Origin: an uncultured Candidatus Saccharibacteria bacterium
Lineage (GTDB): Bacteria; Patescibacteriota; Saccharimonadia; Saccharimonadales; Saccharimonadaceae
NCBI GenBank assembly: GCA_937889535.1
Contig: CALBZW010000011.1
Span: 140,513 to 204,512, forward strand
Reading direction: 5' to 3'
DNA length: 64,000 bases
Shown: positions 34,490 to 41,888 of the stretch, in pieces
Position numbering within the stretch: the stretch's first letter is position 1
How the letters are laid out: each line of letters opens with the position of its first letter
Notes under the pieces: generated by a model
What the model saw: the letters and a program-made list of their open reading frames with translations, nothing else
Told to the model about the DNA's origin: nothing
Database searches by the model: none
Made by a program: the position numbers and the translations under genes

Positions 34490-35023
34490 ATGCCGCGAGC
34501 GCGCAGTAAAGACGATCTAATAAAATCAGCTAATGAACAATATCAGAAATTAAACGAGCTAATTGCTTCATTGACCGAGGAGGAATTAGCGACTGCGTTT
34601 GATTTTTCTGCCGATCCAAAGAAGGCTGAACGACATTGGAGTCGAGACAAAAACTTGCGCGATATTTATATTCATCTACATGAATGGCACCGGCTTTTGT
34701 TGAACTGGATTCGCGCCAACGAAAAGGGAGAGAGTAAACCGTTTATACCCGAGCCCTACACTTGGAAAACTTATGGTGATATGAATGTAGAGTTTTGGCA
34801 AAAACATCAGAAGACGGGCCTGGATGAAGCGAAGAAATTGTTTGAAAAATCACATGCCGAGGTTTTTGGGCTATTGGATAAATATACGAACGAGCAACTC
34901 TTTGGTCGTGGGGTATATCCTTGGGTAAATACTGATCTTGGGTCGTATTTTGTAAGTGTCATGCCTAGCCATTACGATTGGGCGATGAAGAAACTCAAGG
35001 CGCATCGGAAGAATTGCAGATAA
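34490..35023 (+). CDS. ClbS/DfsB (DUF1706) family four-helix-bundle protein
   Basis: RDIYIHLHEWHRLLLNW, PFIPEPYTWKTY, NVEFWQKHQ and SHYDWAMKKLK match my recollection of the family. Confidence 0.8.
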   Translation: MPRARSKDDLIKSANEQYQKLNELIASLTEEELATAFDFSADPKKAERHWSRDKNLRDIYIHLHEWHRLLLNWIRANEKGESKPFIPEPYTWKTYGDMNVEFWQKHQKTGLDEAKKLFEKSHAEVFGLLDKYTNEQLFGRGVYPWVNTDLGSYFVSVMPSHYDWAMKKLKAHRKNCR

Positions 35024-35033
35024 AATCGTGGTG

Positions 35034-35459
35034 CTATTTTCCCTTGCTAGATTCGTATTCTTCCCCTGCCTTTCTCATGGCCTCCTCTATTCTTCGTTTA
35101 CGCGCTTCGTGCTCTTTCTTGGATAATTCCCAAAATTTTGTTTGCACAGCCTCTCGTTCCTCGCCCTCTAGCGTCCTGCCTCCATCTTCAATAATCTCAA
35201 AATACGAATAGCTATCACTGTCATGATCCATGCGACTAGACTGTTCGGCATATAGCACTGGTTTATCGTCTACTTTTTCAAGACAATATGTGAAGCCGCC
35301 GAATAATCCAGGCACCGTGATGTACCCATGGCAGTTTTCTGTAATTTTTGGAAATTCAAAGTTGGGATTTTCTTCTAAATATTTATCGAATTGACAAAAC
35401 TTACATCGTTCGATAATAAGTTCGCGGAAGTTTTGCTCTAAAATTTTATTTATATCCAT
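35034..35459 (-). CDS. hypothetical protein (downstream partner of 35472..36161)
   Basis: 141-aa ORF, 12 nt after the upstream stop, with a charged helical C-terminus. Confidence 0.55.
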   Translation of the reverse strand: MDINKILEQNFRELIIERCKFCQFDKYLEENPNFEFPKITENCHGYITVPGLFGGFTYCLEKVDDKPVLYAEQSSRMDHDSDSYSYFEIIEDGGRTLEGEEREAVQTKFWELSKKEHEARKRRIEEAMRKAGEEYESSKGK

Positions 35460-35471
35460 GGAATATATACC

Positions 35472-36161
35472 TTATTTTAGTTTAGTTTTTAGAACCCTCA
35501 CTACTTTGGCGAAGTTTTCTAGGCCTAAGTTTTTCTCCGATAGGCTAGCGCTACGCGTGCTATGAGGGATGATACAATTGCCTGTTTGCCGATAAGCCTT
35601 GAGCTCTGGCACATCTTTGAGCCACCACTTCTCGCCCCGCATCAGGAGAATTATGGCGCCATTCTCAATAGCTTGACGAACTAGGGCAAAACTATACTGT
35701 TGCGATTCTAGAGGCGTCTTCAGCCTAGACTCGAAAGTCTTGGAATGATAAGGAAAATACTCAACGACGGCAAAATTGCGGTTTAGGTCGTCGCGCGTCA
35801 CTCCGTGCCGGGATAATGGATTCAAAATATTCCGCCGAATCCACTCACCGCCGCTAGTCCAATCAAATTCATCATCAAGGTGAACTAAGCGTGTTCCGGT
35901 GGAGCTTAAATTCTCCCGGAGCGCTTGTTGGAGGTTTTGGCAATTTAGCTCAATACTATCTTCCGTGCTCGAACATCCCGGATTTAGTAACAAACAAATA
36001 ACCTTCGCAGAACTGACGTTGCCGAGATAAGGCTGCGGTATGAGTTCCAGACGCAGATTGTAAAAATCAGTAAACTTAATATCTTTGTCGCACCCAGCCA
36101 GATAAGGCGGATTTTGCCGTTTAGCTACTTCAGGCCAAGGATTAACTATATCTAGCGACAT
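35472..36161 (-). CDS. hypothetical protein with uracil-DNA-glycosylase-superfamily-like motifs
   Basis: PYLGNVSSAKVICLLLNPGCSS resembles the MUG/TDG GINPG motif; C-terminal IIPHSTRSAS resembles motif 2. This is weak similarity judged by eye. Confidence 0.3.
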   Translation of the reverse strand: MSLDIVNPWPEVAKRQNPPYLAGCDKDIKFTDFYNLRLELIPQPYLGNVSSAKVICLLLNPGCSSTEDSIELNCQNLQQALRENLSSTGTRLVHLDDEFDWTSGGEWIRRNILNPLSRHGVTRDDLNRNFAVVEYFPYHSKTFESRLKTPLESQQYSFALVRQAIENGAIILLMRGEKWWLKDVPELKAYRQTGNCIIPHSTRSASLSEKNLGLENFAKVVRVLKTKLK

Positions 36162-36178
36162 GCAAATTGCTTTCTCAG

Positions 36179-36199
36179 AAATGTCATATCATGACATTT
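36179..36199. promoter_or_regulatory. perfect 9-3-9 palindrome AAATGTCAT-atc-ATGACATTT, candidate operator
   Basis: Begins 18 nt upstream of ATG 36161, within a ~125-nt leader downstream of TGCTATCAT. Confidence 0.45.
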
Positions 36200-36580
36200 A
36201 TATTCTCTTTGTCAATATATGGTCGACCCAACTTCGCGAAGCTATAACCGAATTTAAAGGTATTGGTTCGGAAGAAGATGACTTGTACCTATGATAGCAC
36301 ACAGGTCGTAAGTTGAGAATTGTAAATAAAAAGAATAAGCGAGAAATACCGTTTTGGCGTTTTTGGTTGACTCGTACGTAATGCGTATAACGTAGACACG
36401 GACCACTCGGATTAGTTTGAACTTCTTAGAAACTGCATGTGCGCCTCGAAAATCGAATAGTTCTGAAAATAGGAAATTCATAAGATATCAATCGTTATGG
36501 CAATATATATCATATATGTAAAATAAAATATGAACGATATATAATAAATATAAATACGAAAAATATGATATAATACATGT

Positions 36581-36994
36581 ATGGAAAATGGATTAAAGGA
36601 ATTTGAAATATTCGACAATAATACTGTGGGGCGAGTGGTGGATAGTATAACAATTACGAAGAATTACCAAATAAATTTCCCCTCAGCTTTCTATAAAAAT
36701 CACAATCTGTACGACAAGAAGTCAGTTCTACTGTATTTTAATAAGCGTGCAAAAATGATAGCGATAGAATTCCTAGATAATCACGATGAGCGTGGTTTTA
36801 AAATTTCAAAATCAAATAAGGGCAAGAATGGTGGTTACATAACTGCGAAGAAGTTCTTCGCAGCGGCTGAGTTCGTAAACAAAATTGAATTTGGGCGCTA
36901 TAAATACAAAAAGATTGCTAGGAGTGGTTGCAATACTGAGTTCTTTGTGATAAAATTGGAGAATAAGCGGCCCACCGTAGTGACAGTGCGGTAA
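36581..36994 (+). CDS. hypothetical protein
   Basis: 137-aa ORF. ATG lies 6 nt after TGATATAAT (36566-36574). Confidence 0.55.
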   Translation: MENGLKEFEIFDNNTVGRVVDSITITKNYQINFPSAFYKNHNLYDKKSVLLYFNKRAKMIAIEFLDNHDERGFKISKSNKGKNGGYITAKKFFAAAEFVNKIEFGRYKYKKIARSGCNTEFFVIKLENKRPTVVTVR

Positions 36995-37173
36995 AAGGCA
37001 AATAAGGAGGTACCCACATATGAAAAAACTTCAAAAATAGGCGCCGAAATTCCGGCAAGAATTGCGACGCCAAAAGAGTTTATGATGGATCAAAAACTCT
37101 GTTCTTTTTGATTATATCATAGGCCTTCTAAAGAATCTATATTAATTTTACCTCATGAAAGGAGGGTCATATA

Positions 37174-37476
37174 ATGAGTAAGTATTATATTTATGGTATC
37201 ACTAAAGATAATGGAGATGTAGACGATCAGGATGAAGCTATCGACCGCTATTTTTATCATAAGTATAATGAACGAGGTGAATATTGCGGACGTTTCAATG
37301 CGCTACGGCAATATTTAGTTGATAGGGTGAAGGAGGGGTCTACCGCCTACACTTATCCGAACGGACGCATTGGGGCATGTTGTGTAGTAAAAATTTCCAA
37401 GAACGGAGTTGAGTATCTCAAATCAATTCCAGACGGCAATCCTATGAACAACATCTCAGCTTTACCTGAGATGTAG
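37174..37476 (+). CDS. DUF3892-like protein
   Basis: The C-terminal YLKSIPDGNPMNNISALPEM resembles the DUF3892 ending. AGGAGGG SD. Confidence 0.5.
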   Translation: MSKYYIYGITKDNGDVDDQDEAIDRYFYHKYNERGEYCGRFNALRQYLVDRVKEGSTAYTYPNGRIGACCVVKISKNGVEYLKSIPDGNPMNNISALPEM

Positions 37477-37630
37477 AGTGCATCACAATATCAGACTACG
37501 ACACTAAGCAGAGCGGGTAGTCCTATATTGATTAGGGTCGGCGGTTTTCCAAAAAGCTAATCATTCAACTTGGTCAGGGTGACTGGTAACTTCAAGTTGC
37601 TATGCAGCTTTTAGAGGAAGGGCATCGGTT

Positions 37631-37672
37631 CGGGAAAGCTAGAGCAAGGTTCTAGCTTTCCCGACGCTTTTA
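37631..37672 (+). terminator. intrinsic terminator (13-bp stem)
   Basis: CGGGAAAGCTAGA-N7-TCTAGCTTTCCCG followed by acgCTTTT. Confidence 0.6.
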
Positions 37673-37761
37673 CCGCCTATGAGTCACAGTGCAAAGTGGT
37701 TCTGACGCCTGTCGCTGCAATTTATCATAAAAAATCGACCCAAAGGTCGTTCTTTTGATGA

Positions 37762-37837
37762 TGGTCGGGGCGACTGGACTCGAACCAGCGACCTCACGGT
37801 CCCAAACCGTGTGCGCTACCAACTGTGCTACGCCCCG
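37762..37837 (-). tRNA. tRNA-Pro (anticodon TGG), CCA encoded
   Basis: Hand-folded. Acceptor CGGGGCG/CGCCCCG, loop TTTGGGA, one A-C mismatch in the D stem. TGTTATAAT lies 8 nt upstream. Confidence 0.85.
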
Positions 37838-38000
37838 ATATGTGAATTATAACACGGATAAGGAGAAAATGCTAGAGGGATTCTGAGGTTCAGGGTTCGA
37901 TGAAGTCGTATCGTGAGTTGGGCTTCTGCAAAAAACAAAAGTCACCCTAGCGGGCGGCCTTTGCTACATAACATATATAATAGAAAGGAGATTTCTATCA

Positions 38001-38077
38001 TGGCGGAACCGACGAGACTCGAACCCGCGACCTCCGCCGTGACAGGGCGGCGCTCTAACCAACTGAGCTACGATTCC
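38001..38077 (-). tRNA. tRNA-Asp (anticodon GTC), CCA encoded
   Basis: Hand-folded. Acceptor GGAATCG/CGGTTCC, loop CTGTCAC. TATAAT lies 8 nt upstream. Confidence 0.9.
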
Positions 38078-38202
38078 ATATGTTCATTATAACTCATTTC
38101 TGAGTTCTACGCAAGAGTGAAATTCGATAGCTGACTAGGCGGTGTTTAGAGATGCTGATTCCCTCTTTCTCTAGAGGCGATTTTGTGATAGAATGAGGTT
38201 AT

Positions 38203-38278
38203 CAGGGTGTGGCGCAGTTGGTAGCGCGCGCGGTTCGGGACTGCGAGGTCGTCGGTTCAAATCCGATCACCCTGACCA
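38203..38278 (+). tRNA. tRNA-Pro (anticodon CGG), CCA encoded
   Basis: Hand-folded. Acceptor CAGGGTG/CACCCTG, loop TTCGGGA. TGATAGAAT lies 8 nt upstream. Confidence 0.9.
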
Positions 38279-38393
38279 TGAGATGGCAATGCTTTGCGTT
38301 GTGGTTGTCGGAACTTCCCTACGGGGATGTTTTTGTGGTTTCGGGAGAGGCAGCGGAGGGGAAATGGTAACTGTACTATGGTGGTGGCGCCGG

Positions 38394-38963
38394 TTACTTG
38401 AACTGCGTCAAATCCACTCCTTCAAGCTGGAGAAGAAATCGCTTCTTATCTAGCCCGCCAGCATAGCCGGTCAGCTTCCCTGCTGCGCCGACAACGCGGT
38501 GACACGGGACGATGATGGAAATCGGATTGCGACCGACTGCGCCGCCGACGGCTTGGGCGGACATTTTGGGCTTGTGAAACTCGTGGGCAATCTGCTTAGC
38601 AATTGCGCCGTAAGTCGTGAGCGTACCATACGGAATCGTGGCGAGGATGCGCCAAACCGCAAGTTGGAACTCGCTACCACTAGGGTCGAGCGGAAGACGA
38701 TGCGGGTCAGGATTTTCTCCACGAAAGTAAGCGTCAAGCCAAAATTTAGTTTGAGTGAGAACGGGAGTTTCCTGAGTATCGACGTGACTGAGTTGTAGAT
38801 TTTGTACATAATGCTTCTGATTGTCAATCCAAAGGCCGACAAGTGCCGAATCGTGCGCGACGATGGTGATTTTGCCGAGCGGCGAAGAGTAAAACGACTG
38901 GAATAATTTTTGCGGTGACGGCGTATCAGTCGTGTGATGTTTTTTCGCTTGTAGTCGTGACAT
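38394..38963 (-). CDS. ogt: methylated-DNA--protein-cysteine methyltransferase
   Basis: IIVPCHRVV active-site motif. ATG lies 7 nt after TAAAAT. Confidence 0.9.
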   Translation of the reverse strand: MSRLQAKKHHTTDTPSPQKLFQSFYSSPLGKITIVAHDSALVGLWIDNQKHYVQNLQLSHVDTQETPVLTQTKFWLDAYFRGENPDPHRLPLDPSGSEFQLAVWRILATIPYGTLTTYGAIAKQIAHEFHKPKMSAQAVGGAVGRNPISIIVPCHRVVGAAGKLTGYAGGLDKKRFLLQLEGVDLTQFK

Positions 38964-39012
38964 TATCTCTATTTTACCTCAATACGGCGGAATCGTGATA
39001 GAATTAGTCTAG

Positions 39013-39087
39013 CGGGGCTTGGCGCAGTGGTAGCGCGCACGCCTGGGGGGCGTGAGGTCGCCAGTTCGAGCCTGGTAGCCCCGACCA
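39013..39087 (+). tRNA. tRNA-Pro (anticodon GGG), CCA encoded
   Basis: Hand-folded. Acceptor CGGGGCT/AGCCCCG, loop CTGGGGG. TGATAGAAT lies 8 nt upstream. Confidence 0.9.
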
Positions 39088-39196
39088 TGGACAGAATTGA
39101 GAAAAAAATGTTATAATATTAAGCTCGCAGGTTGTTCTGCGGGCGTTTTAGGCGTTGCGCTTTGATTTTTAACTCCGCCGAAGCGGTAGATACAAT

Positions 39197-39355
39197 ATGA
39201 TTATGGAAGCCGATAAGGCGATTAAGGCTTGCGGTATTAGTAGTCGAGAATATAGGGATATTATACTCGGCTATAGCACCTACAAACGTTATATTGAGGC
39301 AGAATATGGTACAGTTGATAGTTTTATGCGGAGGCACAAGAAATGCGACTTTTAG
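39197..39355 (+). CDS. possible 52-aa ORF overlapping the start of 39343..39642
   Basis: MIMEADKAIKACGISSREYRDIILGYSTYKRYIEAEYGTVDSFMRRHKKCDF. Overlaps the next ORF by 13 nt. No strong SD. Confidence 0.3.
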   Translation: MIMEADKAIKACGISSREYRDIILGYSTYKRYIEAEYGTVDSFMRRHKKCDF

Positions 39356-39642
39356 ACTATGAATGTAAAACTACCTTTTGGGAAGATTTCAGTATAGCGG
39401 AACGTTTTGGGGTGGAAGCAATTAGGGATACTTACAAGAGGGCTAGGGCGGAATGGAAGAATGACAGGGTTTACGGAACGGAGCTGTCTATGGTACTTAA
39501 CCATAAGTGCTGGTATTGGTACGAGGAACAGAATATTAAACTTAGCCAACTTTACGCTGGGCTTTGGGAGGAATGGCATGAGTGGGTGTTGGAGAATTGG
39601 AAAGGTGAGGATTTGGGGTATTATTTGAGAACCACCGACTAA
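39343..39642 (+). CDS. hypothetical W-rich small protein
   Basis: 99-aa ORF. Confidence 0.5.
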   Translation: MRLLDYECKTTFWEDFSIAERFGVEAIRDTYKRARAEWKNDRVYGTELSMVLNHKCWYWYEEQNIKLSQLYAGLWEEWHEWVLENWKGEDLGYYLRTTD

Positions 39643-40067
39643 ACCTCAACATCTAGCATATGCAAAGTATTAGCGTCTTGTTCGCCATGGTAGAAACGCT
39701 TTAACACTTGCATAAATAAATCTTCGCTCGGATCGGCTTGATGGAATAAGGTCATACAAGAGAATAGTTTAAGTTCGTCAACGTAAGAAAATATCTCATT
39801 TAGACATTCAATATCAGAACATAGGAGTGCTTCGGTAATTTCTCTTAGCCTACTTCCGAGTATGTCATGCTTTAAGTAAGCTTTCGCTTCGGCTAAGTCG
39901 GTAATTCCGTAATATTCTGCTGTTTCGCTAGTACCTAAGCCTTTAAGTTGTGGAAATATAAACCACATCCAATGTCCGTCTTTTCTGTATTGGCGTATTT
40001 CTGCCAAGGCTTCGGAATAAGTGTTTTCTTGAGCAACGATAAATCTGTCTAACGAGTCGGGGTTCAT
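39639..40067 (-). CDS. DUF1810 family protein
   Basis: LDRFIVAQENTYSEALAEI...GHWMWFIFPQLKGLG matches my recollection of the family. ATG lies 6 nt after TGCTATAAT. Confidence 0.75.
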   Translation of the reverse strand: MNPDSLDRFIVAQENTYSEALAEIRQYRKDGHWMWFIFPQLKGLGTSETAEYYGITDLAEAKAYLKHDILGSRLREITEALLCSDIECLNEIFSYVDELKLFSCMTLFHQADPSEDLFMQVLKRFYHGEQDANTLHMLDVEV

Positions 40068-40217
40068 ATTTATATTATAGCAGGCTAGTATGTTCGAGGG
40101 CTGTTTTTCGGATTCTTCCCCTGAGGGCTGTTGTGGCTAAGCGAACGGCTCTAAGGGTTTAATAGGTATTATTTGTGTGCGACGGACTAGATAATTATAT
40201 CAATTTACATATTATAG

Positions 40218-41423
40218 ATGACTATGATATTATTAGAGTTAATGGATATATTGCAGAGTGTAATTACTCAACTTATTTCGCTTCAGCATGAGGGAGAGTA
40301 TTGGGACTTTAAAAGAGAATGGTATAAAAATCTAGCCGACTTACTTCATGATATACTCTGTTTGGCAAACAGCCCGTCAAGATCTGAAAAATACATTATT
40401 ATAGGTGCTGGCGAAAGCGATATAAGAAAGACGTTTAGCGTGGTTGGGGTAAAACTAAATGACGCAAATCGTAAGGACTCCAAGGATCTTAATGATTTTT
40501 TGAGCACAAAAAAATTCGTGGGAGATATTAGACCTATGGTTCATGTTAGTCGGACAGTTGTTGATAAAAAGAACCTCGACATTATTGTTATTGAGCCCAA
40601 CGACAATACTCCATTTGTACTGGCTGAAGACTACAAGTATCATCCGGAAAAAGGTAAGCCTACTGTTGTACGTTGCGGGCATGTATATACTCGTATTGGA
40701 GATAAGAATACTCCAAAAGATAAAACCGCCGACAACGATAAGACCGAAGCTTTGTGGCGAAGACGTTTTAGGCTTGATGCAACACCGACGGAGCGACTAT
40801 CGTATTATTTACTAAGACCAGATGAGTGGGAAATCATAAACTTATCAGACAATGACACTATTGCCTACTATTATAAATATTCTCCAGAGTATAGAATTGA
40901 GTTTGAAGACGACGATTCGACAGCTAGAAAAGGTGATTTTCTGTGCAAGGGCTGGTTAAACGGACCGAGTGCCTATCATAGCATTACATTTAAATTATTT
41001 GAGACTACAATTCAGAGATATAGGTACTCATATTCCAAGAGCATGGCTTATGCCTTTATAAAGCCTTATTGTGTTACGGCAGGAACTAGTTTTTCTGTTA
41101 CTACTTCTAGAATTCTTGCATATTATATTAAGAATACGCCAGAGTGTAATTTATCTTATTTTATGCAATCAAAGTTTCACAATTCAGTTTGCGATATGCT
41201 AGAACCCAATTCCGATCGCCTAAAAAACATTATAATTTTTGAATCTGAAGAACAGAAGCAATCATTTATTAAATATGCTGCCTCATTATCTGACAGTATA
41301 TTAGAACTTTCGGCAGACCCTTTCCCCGAGTTGAATGAAGATGCTTGGACTCAAGAAGAATATAAAGATTGGCAATCTACCAAATGTATGAAAAACCTCT
41401 ACAACAGATGGAAAAATGGATAA
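40218..41423 (+). CDS. AlbA_2 (Schlafen-like) domain protein with unknown C-terminal region
   Basis: EGEYWDFKREW...LLHDILCLANS...YIIIG resembles the AlbA_2 nucleic-acid-binding domain. Confidence 0.5.
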   Translation: MTMILLELMDILQSVITQLISLQHEGEYWDFKREWYKNLADLLHDILCLANSPSRSEKYIIIGAGESDIRKTFSVVGVKLNDANRKDSKDLNDFLSTKKFVGDIRPMVHVSRTVVDKKNLDIIVIEPNDNTPFVLAEDYKYHPEKGKPTVVRCGHVYTRIGDKNTPKDKTADNDKTEALWRRRFRLDATPTERLSYYLLRPDEWEIINLSDNDTIAYYYKYSPEYRIEFEDDDSTARKGDFLCKGWLNGPSAYHSITFKLFETTIQRYRYSYSKSMAYAFIKPYCVTAGTSFSVTTSRILAYYIKNTPECNLSYFMQSKFHNSVCDMLEPNSDRLKNIIIFESEEQKQSFIKYAASLSDSILELSADPFPELNEDAWTQEEYKDWQSTKCMKNLYNRWKNG

Positions 41424-41440
41424 GAAACTTTATTTCCCCT

Positions 41441-41486
41441 CTAGAAAAGCTGTTATAGCCGAACGAACTATGCCCGACCATCAAAG
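41441..41486 (+). repeat. left copy of a ~45-bp imperfect direct repeat bracketing the OLD/PARIS-like gene
   Basis: CTAGAAAagCTGTTATAGCCGAACGAACTAtGcCCGACCATcAAAG, compared with 44098-44142. Confidence 0.7.
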
Positions 41487-41888
41487 GAAAAATAGATCAT
41501 TTAGGATATATTTCTCTCTAATTGAATTTGATAAGTGGGGCTCATGTTCTGGTCGGTTCGTTATCAGCCTGGTGCGCAGAACTACGGCGCGGAGTACTGC
41601 GCAGCCACCTGACTAAGTGAAAGCCTCACGATTATGTAAGTTCATTAGTAAGACGTTTCGATTTTGAGTGAAGTTATCTAATTAGCTTGGAGTATGGAAG
41701 ACAACATTCATAAAGTAAAGTCATCGTTAAAGCACTGCCTCGTAGGGTATGGAAAATGTCGTAAATATTAATTCGTGTGTTATTATAGATAGGGGTTACT
41801 TCCTCTGGGTTGACGTCTTGAAATTCAGATATAGTTTTGACGTATAATCAAATACTCAATATATACGTATTAATATGACTGGCGGTAT

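Noticed and set aside
36254-36481. Track ORF 36254..36481(-) as a gene.
   Set aside because: It lies in the AT-rich divergent regulatory region, has no SD or -10 at a sensible distance, and has an implausible composition. The region is better explained as the long leader and promoters of the flanking genes.
37480-37760. The 280-nt gap before tRNA-Pro(TGG) as tmRNA, SRP RNA, 6S RNA or RNase P RNA.
   Set aside because: By eye it has no tRNA-like end, no GGAAGCAGCC-type SRP motif and no RNase P P4 consensus. It is adequately explained as a 3' UTR ending at the 13-bp-stem terminator, plus the tRNA terminator.
38193-38453. Track ORF 38193..38453(+) as a gene.
   Set aside because: It is read through tRNA-Pro(CGG) and its terminator, and gives a Gly/Arg-rich artefact.
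41416-41616. Track ORF 41416..41616(+).
   Set aside because: It spans the direct repeat and the GC-rich hairpin element, has no start signal, and looks non-coding.
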